The position numbers and the translations under genes were made by a program. Below the pieces are notes generated by a model, which had not been told where the DNA came from, ran no database searches, and was given only the letters and a program-made list of their open reading frames with translations. A DNA stretch of 64,000 bases from an uncultured Eubacteriales bacterium (GTDB taxonomy: Bacteria; Bacillota; Clostridia; Lachnospirales; Lachnospiraceae), in assembly GCA_949294665.1 (NCBI GenBank), contig CASFID010000055.1, positions 4,772 through 68,771 on the forward strand, given 5' to 3'. Shown piece by piece: positions 40,864 to 51,005 of this stretch; the stretch's first letter is position 1; the number at the start of each line of letters is the position of its first letter.

Positions 40864-42330
40864 ATGAGCAACAAAGTAAGAACAAGATTTGCACCCAGCC
40901 CGACGGGAAGGATGCATGTTGGGAATCTGAGGACGGCGCTTTACGCATATCTGATCGCCAAGCACGAGGGCGGGGATTTTATCCTGCGCATCGAGGATAC
41001 GGATCAGGAGCGCTATGTGGAGGGCGCAACGGACATTATATACAGAACGCTCGCGAAGACGGGGCTTATCCACGACGAGGGACCAGACAGGGACGGAGGA
41101 TACGGCCCTTATGTCCAGAGTGAAAGGCAGGCGTCGGGCATCTATATGAAATATGCCAGACAGCTTGTGGAGCAGGGGGATGCATACTACTGCTTCTGTG
41201 ATAAGGAGAGACTGGAGTCGCTCAGGACTTCCGTCTCTGAAGACGGGACGGATATCGTCGTCTATGACAAGCACTGTCTGGGACTGAGCAGGGAAGAAGT
41301 GGAGGCAAATCTTGCGGCGGGGAAGCCCTGGGTGATCCGCCTGAATGTACCGGACGAAGGGGAGACGACTTTCCATGATGAAATCTACGGGGACATCACA
41401 GTGCCAAACAGTGAACTCGACGATATGATCCTTATTAAGTCCGACGGTTATCCTACTTACAACTTTGCCAATGTAGTGGACGACCATCTTATGGAGATCA
41501 CACATGTAGTAAGAGGCAACGAATATCTTGCTTCTGCGCCGAAATACGACCGCCTCTACCGGGCGTTCGGCTGGGAGATCCCGGTGTATGTGCACTGCCC
41601 GCTGATCACAGATGAGAATCACCGGAAACTGAGCAAAAGAAGCGGTCACTCTTCCTATGAGGATCTGATCGACCAGGGATTTGTCACGGAAGCGGTCGTA
41701 AACTATGTGGCCCTTCTCGGCTGGTGTCCGTCGGACAACCGGGAAATCTTCTCCCTGGAGGAGCTTGTAAAGGAGTTCGACTACCGGCATATGAGCAAGT
41801 CTCCCGCCGTGTTTGATACGGTCAAACTCAGGTGGATGAACGGAGAGTATTTAAAGGCCATGGATTTTGAACGATTTTATGAAATGGCAGAGCCTTACAT
41901 CAGAAAGACTGTGACAAAAGATTATGATCTCAGAAAGATCGCGGCGCTCGTAAAGACAAGGATAGAGATTTTCCCGGATATCAATGACCAGATCTCATTT
42001 TTTGAGGAACTCCCGGAATATGACTGCGAACTCTACAGACATAAGAAGATGAAAACAGATCCTCAGAAAGGACTGGCGCTTCTCGAGGAAGTGCTGCCTC
42101 TTCTGGAAGATCAGGAGGATTACGGCAACGACGCGCTCTTCGGACTGCTCAAAGGCTTTGCAGAGGAGAAAGGATATAAGATCGGATATGTAATGTGGCC
42201 GCTCCGCACGGCTGTGTCGGGCAGACAGAGCACTCCCGGGGGAGCGACGGAACTGATGGAAGTGCTCGGGAAGGAAGAGTCGCTTCGCAGGATAAAAAGG
42301 GGGATCGATAAGCTGCATGCGGTTCAATAA
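40864..42330 (+). CDS. gltX: Glutamate-tRNA ligase
   Basis: [24 protein letters not shown]. Confidence 0.97.
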   Translation: MSNKVRTRFAPSPTGRMHVGNLRTALYAYLIAKHEGGDFILRIEDTDQERYVEGATDIIYRTLAKTGLIHDEGPDRDGGYGPYVQSERQASGIYMKYARQLVEQGDAYYCFCDKERLESLRTSVSEDGTDIVVYDKHCLGLSREEVEANLAAGKPWVIRLNVPDEGETTFHDEIYGDITVPNSELDDMILIKSDGYPTYNFANVVDDHLMEITHVVRGNEYLASAPKYDRLYRAFGWEIPVYVHCPLITDENHRKLSKRSGHSSYEDLIDQGFVTEAVVNYVALLGWCPSDNREIFSLEELVKEFDYRHMSKSPAVFDTVKLRWMNGEYLKAMDFERFYEMAEPYIRKTVTKDYDLRKIAALVKTRIEIFPDINDQISFFEELPEYDCELYRHKKMKTDPQKGLALLEEVLPLLEDQEDYGNDALFGLLKGFAEEKGYKIGYVMWPLRTAVSGRQSTPGGATELMEVLGKEESLRRIKRGIDKLHAVQ

Positions 42331-44146
42331 AGAACAGAAGGCTGCGGTGATCCATAATACCGGGCCCTGCCAGGTACTGGCAGGGCCCGGTTCCGGTAAA
42401 ACACTTACGATCGCAGGGCGCGTCCGCTTTCTGATCGAGACGTGCGGTGTAAAACCCGAGGAGATACTTGTCATTACGTTCACCCGTTTCGCGGCTGCAG
42501 GGATGAAAGCGAGGCTGACCGGCCTGATGGGCAGAGAAGTTCCCGTAACAACGGGGACGTTCCATGGGATCTATTACGGGATACTCAAGTGGGCCTATCA
42601 TCTCGGACCGCAGAATATCCTGTCAGAGGAGGAGAAGTATCAGATCCTGCGGGAGACGGTCCGGGGAAAGGTGGAAGAAGTGTCCGATGAGGAGGACTTT
42701 CTCAGGGATATTGCGGCAGAGATCGGGAAGATCAAGAACAATCGTCTCCGGCCTGAAGAGTATACACCGTCGAAGTGTTCTGCGGAGAATTTTCTGGAGA
42801 TCTACCGCGAATATGAGGGGAGGAGAAAGTCGCTCCGAAAAGTAGATTTTGACGACATGCTTTCTGTCTGCTGCGAGTTGTTCACAACACGGCCGGATCT
42901 GCTCGAACTCTGGCAGAAGAAGTTCAGATATATTCTGATCGATGAGTTTCAGGATATAAACCGGGTTCAGTATGACGTGATACGGATGCTCGCTCTTCCG
43001 GAGAACAATCTTTTCGTGGTCGGGGACGACGACCAGGCGATCTACGGATTCCGGGGAGCTGACTCAGAGATCATGTTCCATTTTTTGAAAGACTATCCCC
43101 AGGCGGTTCAGATCACTCTGGGGAAGAACTACCGTTCATCCGGAAATATCGTCAGAAATTCGCTGAAACTGATCGGACACAATGAGCGGCGCTTTCACAA
43201 GAAGCTCGAGGCTGTCAGAGAGAAGGGCGACTTCCTGCACATCCAGGAAGTGAAAGATCCCGGGGAAGAAGCGCAGTATGTGGCGTCCGAGATCGAGAGG
43301 GCGCAGGAAGACGGCACGCCGGCGGAGAAGATCGCGGTGCTCTTCCGGATCCATACAGACGCGAGAGCAGTGGCGGAGGAATTGATCGACCGCCATATTC
43401 CGTTTCAGATGAGGGAACACCTTCCGAATATCTACAATCATTTCATCGCGAGGGATATACAGGCGTATTTCCGTCTTGCCGCCGGTGAGGGGAGCCGGAG
43501 GGATATCCTCCAGGTGATGAACCGCCCGAGGAGATATATCGGCAGGGACAGTGTGGCGGGAGACCGGGTGTCTTTTGAGGAGATAAAGAAGTTCTACTGT
43601 GACAAAGACTGGATGCTCGACCGGATCGACCAGTTTGAATGGGATCTCAAGATGCTCGGGCGCATGGCGCCCTACGCGGGAATACAGTATATCAGGAAAC
43701 GGATCGGGTATGATGATTTTATCAGGGATTATGCGTTTTCAGCCAAAGTGGACCGCGCCGGTCTCGATGAGATCCTGGCGGAGCTTGCGGAAGCGGCCAG
43801 GCTCTATGCTTCCGCGGAGGAATGGTTCCGGCATATCAGAGAGTACACAGAAGCTCTGCAGAGAAAAGAGCGGATGAAAGACAGCGAGAGTGCAGGCGTC
43901 AGACTGATGACACTGCATGCGGCGAAGGGGCTTGAGTTCGATACCGTGTTCCTGATCAGTGCGAACGAGGGGCGCATTCCCTATCAAAAGGCGAGGACGG
44001 ACACTGAGACAGAAGAAGAGCGGCGCCTGTTCTATGTGGGGATGACAAGGGCGAAGAATACGCTGAAGATAAGCTATGTAAAAACAAAAAACGGGAAAGA
44101 GAGCGCTCCTTCCCGTTTTGTAGACGAACTGCTGGAAGAACCGTGA
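42317..44146 (+). CDS. UvrD/PcrA-family ATP-dependent helicase (short form)
   Basis: [48 protein letters not shown]. Confidence 0.92.
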   Translation: MRFNKEQKAAVIHNTGPCQVLAGPGSGKTLTIAGRVRFLIETCGVKPEEILVITFTRFAAAGMKARLTGLMGREVPVTTGTFHGIYYGILKWAYHLGPQNILSEEEKYQILRETVRGKVEEVSDEEDFLRDIAAEIGKIKNNRLRPEEYTPSKCSAENFLEIYREYEGRRKSLRKVDFDDMLSVCCELFTTRPDLLELWQKKFRYILIDEFQDINRVQYDVIRMLALPENNLFVVGDDDQAIYGFRGADSEIMFHFLKDYPQAVQITLGKNYRSSGNIVRNSLKLIGHNERRFHKKLEAVREKGDFLHIQEVKDPGEEAQYVASEIERAQEDGTPAEKIAVLFRIHTDARAVAEELIDRHIPFQMREHLPNIYNHFIARDIQAYFRLAAGEGSRRDILQVMNRPRRYIGRDSVAGDRVSFEEIKKFYCDKDWMLDRIDQFEWDLKMLGRMAPYAGIQYIRKRIGYDDFIRDYAFSAKVDRAGLDEILAELAEAARLYASAEEWFRHIREYTEALQRKERMKDSESAGVRLMTLHAAKGLEFDTVFLISANEGRIPYQKARTDTETEEERRLFYVGMTRAKNTLKISYVKTKNGKESAPSRFVDELLEEP

Positions 44147-44178
44147 CGGCTTCCGGCAGAGGTCTGTGCAAGAGAGAA

Positions 44179-44484
44179 CTATTCAAGTTCGTCGAGATCG
44201 ATATCCCCGGCTTCCTGTTCGTCCATCCACTCGTTAAAGGCGTCCGAAGCCCGTGCAAATTCATCATCGTCCACGATATTCTCCAGGCCGGGCTCTTCCT
44301 CATCCCCGTGATCGATCAGCCGGTACAGATAGATCTGTCCGTCTGTATTCACGCCGTTGTCATCCAGAGGAAGAAGAGCGATATACTGTCTGTCAGACGT
44401 CTCGAATATAGCGAGCACGCTGCACTCCAGTTCTTCATCGTTGTCCAGTGTGAGGGTTACTGTGAGAGATTCATTTTCGTTCAT
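44179..44484 (-). CDS. DUF1292-family acidic protein
   Basis: TLTLDNDEE..YIALLP..LENIVDDDEF; AAAGGAG RBS. Confidence 0.8.
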   Translation of the reverse strand: MNENESLTVTLTLDNDEELECSVLAIFETSDRQYIALLPLDDNGVNTDGQIYLYRLIDHGDEEEPGLENIVDDDEFARASDAFNEWMDEQEAGDIDLDELE

Positions 44485-44583
44485 AAAAAGTTCTCCTTTA
44501 TCCATAGTTTTTATGTCGTGCGGATTGCGCGTATCCTGATGGTATCAGAAAGAGAGCAAAAAAGCAAGTTACCCCTCAATCTA

Positions 44584-44611
44584 TTGACATTCCCCTGAAA
44601 CAAGGTAGAAT
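44584..44611 (+). promoter_or_regulatory. SigA promoter of the sugar-binding protein operon
   Basis: TTGACA-16-TAGAAT. Confidence 0.6.
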
Positions 44612-44661
44612 GAAAGAGTGGAAATAGAATATATATGCAGCTTTTGAGAGGATAAATAGAG

Positions 44662-45657
44662 ATGAGAAAAAAGAGGCTTTTTCTTGTCATAATGACAGCG
44701 CTTACAGTCCTGTTCACGTCAGGATGCAAGCAGGATGTGGGGACTCCCGAGGACAATGCCGTTGTCGAAGAGACATCAAACACGCAGGAGAGGGAGGAGC
44801 AGGACAGACTGTTCGGTTTCAGCTGTCCGGATATGGAAGATCCGTTTTACGAGGTGCTCAAAGACTCCGTGGCAACCTCTCTTTCTGAGCAGGGAGACAG
44901 GATCCTCGTCCGGGACGCCGGGAACGACGTGCAACTGCAGATCTCTCAGATACAGGAGATGATCAGGGAAGAAGTGGAAGCCGTATTCCTCTGCCCGGCC
45001 GATGCGGATGCGGTTACTCCGGCGCTCGAAGCGCTGGATGAGGCGGGGATACCAGTCGTCAATCTCAATGTCAGAGTGAGTCAGACGGATCTGACGTCCG
45101 CTTTTGTCGGATCCGACAATTATAACGCGGGAAAGGTCTGCGGTGAGGATTTGATGGAGAACAGACCGGACGGAGGAAATATTGTGATCATCGAGAGTCC
45201 GAAAATCAGTTCGCTAAACGAGCGGATCACAGGGTTTGAGGAGACGATCGCTGATGCCGGCTTCGAGATCGTGGAAAGGATTGATACAAATAACGATAAC
45301 AGCATGATACAGGATAAGATAGCGTCCCTTCTTGAAAAGGGAACTGCCGTGGACGCCATCATGTGCGCTGACGACCGCATGGCCGTGGAGGTGCTCCAGG
45401 CGCTTGCGGCGGCGAAGAAGAGCGACGTTCTTGTATACAGCGTCGGCGGCTCCCCTGATATCAAGAGCGCTCTGGCGGATCCGGGTTCGCCTATGGCAGG
45501 GGCGGGGGCGCAGTCCCCGATCAATATGGGCAAAGCCGCGGTCCAGACCGCGTCGGCGATACTTGAAGGCGGGGCGTATGAAACAGAGACTTATGTTGAG
45601 ACGTTCTTTATCAACAGAAACAATGTAGACATGTACGGAACAGATGGCTGGCAGTAA
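44662..45657 (+). CDS. RbsB-like sugar-binding lipoprotein (periplasmic binding protein type I)
   Basis: Lipobox TSGC; DPFY, GIPVV, VGSDNYNAG, ERITGF, AQSPINMG. Confidence 0.88.
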   Translation: MRKKRLFLVIMTALTVLFTSGCKQDVGTPEDNAVVEETSNTQEREEQDRLFGFSCPDMEDPFYEVLKDSVATSLSEQGDRILVRDAGNDVQLQISQIQEMIREEVEAVFLCPADADAVTPALEALDEAGIPVVNLNVRVSQTDLTSAFVGSDNYNAGKVCGEDLMENRPDGGNIVIIESPKISSLNERITGFEETIADAGFEIVERIDTNNDNSMIQDKIASLLEKGTAVDAIMCADDRMAVEVLQALAAAKKSDVLVYSVGGSPDIKSALADPGSPMAGAGAQSPINMGKAAVQTASAILEGGAYETETYVETFFINRNNVDMYGTDGWQ

Positions 45658-45673
45658 GAAAGGAACGTAAAAA

Positions 45674-47449
45674 ATGAGAAAGACAACAGGAAGACCTCAG
45701 CCCTTCGGCGCGGTCGTTGACGGAACAGGAGTGAACTTTGCCGTGCAGGTCCCTGGCGGAAAGCAGTGCGCCCTTCTTCTCTACAGAGAAGGAGAGAAGA
45801 AGCCAAAGTACAAGTTTGAGATGCCAGAGGACGAAGGGATCGGTGAGGTACGCTTCCTCAGGATAGAGGACATAGAAGCTGAAAAATATGAATATAATTA
45901 TATGATCGACAACAGGGTATCTGTGGATCCCTATGTGAGGGAAATAACCGGAAAGAAAGTATTCGGCAGAAAGGATGACGGAAATCCCCATCAGATACGG
46001 GGAAGGCTTGTGTCCGCCGGGTATGACTGGGAAGACGACAGACGTCTCCATCTTCCATGGCATGAGGTGATCGCCTACAGCCTTCATGTGAGAGGATTCA
46101 CAAAACACAGTTCCTCAAAGGTGAAGCATAAGGGAACTTATCAGGGCGTCATAGAGAAGATCCCTTATCTGAAAGATCTGGGTATCAACCAGATCCAGTG
46201 TATGCCGATCTATGAATTTGACGAGTGCGCCGGGGAGAAGATCAATTACTGGGGATACGGACCGGCCTATTACTTTGCGCCAAAAGAAGCGTATGCCGCG
46301 GGAGATTCCGCTGTTCGGGAGTTAAAGGATATGGTGAAGGCCTGTCATCGGGAGGGCATTGAAGTTGTGCTCGAGATGCCTTTCACAGACGATATCCCTG
46401 CGCAGACTGCGCTGGAATGCCTCAGAGCCTATATGCTCGAGTATCACATAGACGGATTTGTGGTCAATCCGTACTGCGTGCCGTGGGATATGCTCAAAGC
46501 CGATCCCCTGCTGAAAGATATCAAGCTCATGCGCAGAGACGACGCATTTCAGAATATCATGAGGCGTTTCCTCAAAGGCGATGAAAATATGGTCAATGAC
46601 GTCATATGGGCGCTCAGGCATAATTCCGCGTCGGACGGAAAATGCAACTATATCACGACACACACCGGATTTACGCTATGGGATCTCGTATCATATGACA
46701 GCAAGCACAACGAGGCAAACGGGGAGAACAACACAGACGGTCCGGATTACAATTACAGCTGGAACTGCGGCGCCGAGGGGCCCAGCCGTAAAAAGAGCGT
46801 CATGACGCTGAGAAAGAACCAGGTGATGAATGCGTTCCTTCTTCTTCTCAGCGCGCAGGGAACCCCGTGTCTGCTGGCAGGCGACGAATTCTGCAACAGT
46901 CAGAAAGGAAACAACAATGTATACTGCCAGGACAATGAGACCGGATGGGTAGACTGGAGCAGGCTTAAGACGGACGATTCACTCTTTCAGTATGTGCGTG
47001 CGATCATCGCGTTTAGAAATGCGCATCCGTGTCTGCACAGGGCGGATGAGCTAAGAGGGTATGACCGCACTGCATGCGGTGTGCCGGATGTGTCCTATCA
47101 CAGCGACAGCGCGTGGCAGCTCAGGGCGGAAGTGTCGAGCCGGCAGCTTGGCGTCCTCTATTCGGGAGCTGACGCGGGAGATATCGACTGTTTCCTGGCT
47201 TACAATATGCACTGGCTGCCGCATGATTTTGCCCTTCCGTCCCCGGGAAAAGACAAGAGATGGCGACTTCTTTCTGACGCAGAAGACAGACTGCCCAGGT
47301 CACCGGGCGAACTGAAAGATCAGAAGAAGATCGAGGTTGCGGAGCGCAGCATTACTGTACTGGTGAGTGTGAAAGAGACAAAGAAGACAAAGAATCGTCC
47401 GGGAACAAAAAAATCTACAGAAAAAGGCAGAGAACAGGAAAAATCATGA
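45674..47449 (+). CDS. GlgX/isoamylase-like GH13 protein lacking catalytic residues
   Basis: PFGA..GVNFA CBM48 start, HVRGFT, NYWGY, NYSWNCG, GTPCLLAGDEF..QKGNNNVYCQDN. Confidence 0.85.
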   Translation: MRKTTGRPQPFGAVVDGTGVNFAVQVPGGKQCALLLYREGEKKPKYKFEMPEDEGIGEVRFLRIEDIEAEKYEYNYMIDNRVSVDPYVREITGKKVFGRKDDGNPHQIRGRLVSAGYDWEDDRRLHLPWHEVIAYSLHVRGFTKHSSSKVKHKGTYQGVIEKIPYLKDLGINQIQCMPIYEFDECAGEKINYWGYGPAYYFAPKEAYAAGDSAVRELKDMVKACHREGIEVVLEMPFTDDIPAQTALECLRAYMLEYHIDGFVVNPYCVPWDMLKADPLLKDIKLMRRDDAFQNIMRRFLKGDENMVNDVIWALRHNSASDGKCNYITTHTGFTLWDLVSYDSKHNEANGENNTDGPDYNYSWNCGAEGPSRKKSVMTLRKNQVMNAFLLLLSAQGTPCLLAGDEFCNSQKGNNNVYCQDNETGWVDWSRLKTDDSLFQYVRAIIAFRNAHPCLHRADELRGYDRTACGVPDVSYHSDSAWQLRAEVSSRQLGVLYSGADAGDIDCFLAYNMHWLPHDFALPSPGKDKRWRLLSDAEDRLPRSPGELKDQKKIEVAERSITVLVSVKETKKTKNRPGTKKSTEKGREQEKS

Positions 47450-48018
47450 AAGCGGTGCAGCATTTTATCACGATCACAAAGCATAAGATACTGGTCATGC
47501 AGGAGTGTTTTCAGGTAGGATTATACCGGCAGGGGCTTCTCCATGATATGTCGAAGTACAGTCTGGCTGAGTTTATAGTCGGATGCAGGTATTATCAGGG
47601 GACAAGAAGCCCGAACAACGCGGAACGCGAGGATAAGGGCTATTCGTCTGCCTGGCTTCATCACAAAGGCAGGAATAAACACCATTATGAGTACTGGATC
47701 GATTACAGTCTGAAAGGAAAACACGTGCTGGCCGGGATGAAGATGCCGGTCCGCTATGTGGTTGAGATGTTTCTTGACCGAATGGCGGCAAGCAAAGTAT
47801 ATAAGGGAGAAAAGTACAGGGACAGCGATCCGCTCGAATACTATCAGAGCGGGAAAGCAGGGGACCTGATGCACCCTGAGACACGGGCTCTTCTCGAGCG
47901 GCTTCTGAGAATGCTGGCGGAGTATGGAGAAGAAAAGACTTACCGGTATATCAGACAGAAAGTCCTAAGGCGCAGACGGAAGCCCGCGCCTTTCTTCCTG
48001 AGACGTTATTCCGGATAA
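47446..48018 (+). CDS. DUF5662-like protein, HD-type motif
   Basis: GLLHDMSK, AWLHHKGRNKHHYEYW, EMFLDR; ATGA overlap. Confidence 0.75.
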   Translation: MKAVQHFITITKHKILVMQECFQVGLYRQGLLHDMSKYSLAEFIVGCRYYQGTRSPNNAEREDKGYSSAWLHHKGRNKHHYEYWIDYSLKGKHVLAGMKMPVRYVVEMFLDRMAASKVYKGEKYRDSDPLEYYQSGKAGDLMHPETRALLERLLRMLAEYGEEKTYRYIRQKVLRRRRKPAPFFLRRYSG

Positions 48019-48485
48019 TAGAGCTGATTGTCCCGGATATCTGTAAGGACGTCCGAAAGATATCTTCGAGCCATATATTTCGCCATCGGCAGGTTCATGT
48101 CAAGATAGTTCCCGCAGTCCTTTGCCGCAGCTCCGGGGATCTCCCCTTCATAATCGGCGATAAAAGAGAACATCTCACGCATGAGCGGCACGATATCCCG
48201 GGAGGAGTAATCCCCTGCGAGGAGCAGGTAGAAGCCGGTCCTGCATCCCATAGGTCCGAAGTAGATCACATGATCCCTGTATTTCTCATGATTCCTTAAA
48301 AAGGTCGCTCCGAGATGCTCGATCGTGTGTACTTCAGCAGTGTTCATGACAGGCTCGTCGTTGGGACTCGTCATCCGGATATCAAAAGTAGTGATGATAG
48401 CGCCGTCTGCGGTATCTTTCCGGGATACATAGATGCCCGGCACAAGGCGGATATGGTCAACGGTAAAGCTTGCGATTTTTTGCAT
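48006..48485 (-). CDS. luxS: S-ribosylhomocysteine lyase (AI-2 synthase)
   Basis: SFTVDH, HTIEH, GPMGCRTGFY, CGNY. Confidence 0.96.
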   Translation of the reverse strand: MQKIASFTVDHIRLVPGIYVSRKDTADGAIITTFDIRMTSPNDEPVMNTAEVHTIEHLGATFLRNHEKYRDHVIYFGPMGCRTGFYLLLAGDYSSRDIVPLMREMFSFIADYEGEIPGAAAKDCGNYLDMNLPMAKYMARRYLSDVLTDIRDNQLYYPE

Positions 48486-48571
48486 AGTATCAGTCTTCCT
48501 TTCAGTCATTTATCATTTTCTTATTATAATCTGTTGTATGACAAAAAACAAGCGAGGAGAGCGAAAGACTT

Positions 48572-49216
48572 ATGATGTTATATATCGTACGCCATGGAGA
48601 GACGGAATGGAACCGAATACATAAAGTGCAGGGGCATACGGATATTCCCCTTAATGACTACGGGCGTCATCTGGCCCGGGAAACGGCTGATGGAATGCGC
48701 GAAATACCGATTGACCTCTGTTACACAAGTCCTCTTAAGCGCGCGAAAGAGACGGCTCAGATCATTCTAAGAGACAGGGACGTCCCGATCTATGACGAAG
48801 AGCGTATACAGGAGATCGGTTTCGGGAAATATGAGGGCGCGGACAGCCGAGGGGATGAGTCAGATCCGCAGAGCAGGGCTTTCCGCCTGTTCTTTACAGA
48901 TACGAAATCCTATGTGCCTCCGGAAGGAGCAGAGTCGATCCAAAACCTCTACGAGCGCACCGGCAGTTTCCTGCGGGAGCTTTTCTTGAAAGAAGGATTC
49001 AAGGACAGGAATATCCTTATATCCACCCACGGAGCGGCGATGACCGCCATGCTCAACCGCATCAGGGGCAATCTGTCGGTAGAACACTTCTGGCGGGATG
49101 AAGTGCCTCCGAACTGTTCGGTCACTGTTGTGGAGGTAAAAGACGGAAGTGCAAAGATCTTAAAAGAGGGACTGGTCTTCTATAAAGAGAAAGTCAGGAA
49201 ATGGAAGACTGTGTAA
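48572..49216 (+). CDS. Histidine phosphatase family protein
   Basis: RHGET, SPLKRAKETA, THG. Confidence 0.9.
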   Translation: MMLYIVRHGETEWNRIHKVQGHTDIPLNDYGRHLARETADGMREIPIDLCYTSPLKRAKETAQIILRDRDVPIYDEERIQEIGFGKYEGADSRGDESDPQSRAFRLFFTDTKSYVPPEGAESIQNLYERTGSFLRELFLKEGFKDRNILISTHGAAMTAMLNRIRGNLSVEHFWRDEVPPNCSVTVVEVKDGSAKILKEGLVFYKEKVRKWKTV

Positions 49217-49251
49217 GGGAAGAGCGAAAAACAGGAAAGGATGGTGAGACT

Positions 49252-50856
49252 ATGAAACTTACATTTATCGGAGCGGCGCATGAGGTCACCGGAAGCTGTC
49301 ATTTCCTGCAGGCAGCAGGAAAGAATATCCTGATCGACTGCGGGATGGAACAGGGGCCGGATCTGTACGAGAATCCGGGACTTCCGATCCCGGAGACGGA
49401 GATCGACTATGTGTTCCTCACCCACGCGCATATCGACCATTCCGGGATGCTTCCCAAGCTTGCCAAAAATGGTTTTAAAGGGCAGATCTTTACGACATTT
49501 GCGACAGCGGACCTGTGCAACATCATGCTGCGTGACAGCGCCCATATCCAGGAATTTGAGGCGGAATGGCGCAACAGAAAAGGAAAGAGGGCCGGGAAAC
49601 CGGAGTATGAGCCGGTCTATGTGCTGCAGGATGCTCTGGATGCCATCAGCCTTCTTGTCCCCTGTCAGTACGGAGAACGCATCACGATCTGCGACGGCAT
49701 ACAGATCCGTTTCACTGACGTGGGACATCTGCTCGGCTCCGCCAGTATCGAAGTGTGGGCGACAGAGGGAGATGTGACGAAGAAGATCGTTTTCTCCGGG
49801 GACGTGGGAAATCAGGATCAGCCGATCATCAAAGATCCCTCTTACACCGAGTCCGCCGACTATGTCGTTGTGGAATCCACCTACGGCGACCGGATCCACA
49901 CTGCGGAGAAACCGGACTATATCGGGGAATTCACCAGGATCCTCAAGGAGACGTTCGGCCGGGGAGGCAATGTAGTGATCCCGTCGTTTGCAGTGGGAAG
50001 GACGCAGGAGATGCTCTACTTCATCCGCGAGATCAAGGAGCGGAACCTCCTGCCGGAATACGCGGATTTTGACGTCTATCTGGACAGTCCGCTCGCTATT
50101 GAGGCGACGAAGGTCTTCACCATGAATATGCGGGACTGCTTCGACGAGGAGGCGATGAAGCTCGTAAATTCCGGGATAAATCCACTTGTGTTCCCCGGGC
50201 TTCACACTTCTACCACGAGCGACGACTCCAGGCTGATCAATTTCATCGAAAAGCCGAAAGTTATCATATCCGCCTCCGGTATGTGCGATGCGGGGCGTAT
50301 CCGTCATCATCTCAAGCATAATCTGTGGCGGCCGGAGTGCACCATCCTCTTTGTCGGCTATCAGGCTGTAGGAACTCTTGGGCGCAGGCTTTTGGAGGGA
50401 GAGAAAAATGTCAGGCTTTTCGGTGAGCCTATCGAAGTGCACGCGAGGATCGAGAGTCTGCACGGCGTCAGCGGACATGCGGATATGAACGGACTGCTGA
50501 AGTGGATCGGAGCTTTCCGGACGCCGCTTGAGAGAGTGTTCGTCGTACACGGTGAGGACAGCGTGACTGACAGATTTGCCGGGACCATACGGGAACGCTT
50601 CGGTCACAGCACATGGGCGCCTTATCCTGGATGCGAGGCTGATCTTCTGACGAACGAGATCCTGGACGAGGGAGTAAGGATCCCGGTGAAGACGAAGAAA
50701 GCTGCGCAGAGAAAGGCAGATACTGCATTCGACCGGCTTGTGGCCGCCGGAAAGCGTCTGCTCGACGTGATCTACCGGAACGAAGGGCTTTCCAACAAGG
50801 ATAAAGCGAAGTTCGAGAGCCAGATCAATAACCTGGCCGACAAGTGGGAAGAATAG
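49252..50856 (+). CDS. Metallo-beta-lactamase/beta-CASP family ribonuclease
   Basis: EVTGS, THAHIDH, GHLLGS, ESTYG, FAVGRTQE, SGHAD, VHGE. Confidence 0.92.
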   Translation: MKLTFIGAAHEVTGSCHFLQAAGKNILIDCGMEQGPDLYENPGLPIPETEIDYVFLTHAHIDHSGMLPKLAKNGFKGQIFTTFATADLCNIMLRDSAHIQEFEAEWRNRKGKRAGKPEYEPVYVLQDALDAISLLVPCQYGERITICDGIQIRFTDVGHLLGSASIEVWATEGDVTKKIVFSGDVGNQDQPIIKDPSYTESADYVVVESTYGDRIHTAEKPDYIGEFTRILKETFGRGGNVVIPSFAVGRTQEMLYFIREIKERNLLPEYADFDVYLDSPLAIEATKVFTMNMRDCFDEEAMKLVNSGINPLVFPGLHTSTTSDDSRLINFIEKPKVIISASGMCDAGRIRHHLKHNLWRPECTILFVGYQAVGTLGRRLLEGEKNVRLFGEPIEVHARIESLHGVSGHADMNGLLKWIGAFRTPLERVFVVHGEDSVTDRFAGTIRERFGHSTWAPYPGCEADLLTNEILDEGVRIPVKTKKAAQRKADTAFDRLVAAGKRLLDVIYRNEGLSNKDKAKFESQINNLADKWEE

Positions 50857-50863
50857 GATAGCA

Positions 50864-50901
50864 GAAGTTCCGGGCCAAGCGGCGGCGCTGCCCGGAACTT
50901 C
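50864..50901 (+). terminator. Hairpin after the beta-CASP gene
   Basis: gaagttccgggc / gcccggaacttc perfect 12-bp stem. Confidence 0.6.
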
Positions 50902-51005
50902 GTCTGTCAAGGGCCAAAAGTTTATAAAATTTTCCGACTTGCAGAATATCTTTCAGTCTGAGTGAGAATCATTCTAATTAGAAAATGCTTAGGAGGATTC
51001 TTGCA

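Noticed and set aside
40851-41123. 90-aa ORF overlapping the gltX start
   Set aside because: Out-of-frame overlap with gltX, no independent support
40096-44146. Sir2 plus helicase as an anti-phage system
   Set aside because: The Sir2 is CobB-type with a zinc domain, gltX separates it from the helicase, and the context is housekeeping
49180-50910. 576-aa minus-strand ORF (and similar long antisense ORFs such as 10893-12353, 21416-22594, 35927-37108)
   Set aside because: Shadow ORFs opposite well-conserved genes, explained by codon bias; no recognisable motifs
50944-50976. GAATA...CATTCTA as a SigG autoregulatory promoter
   Set aside because: The 21-nt spacer is too long for the 17-18 consensus
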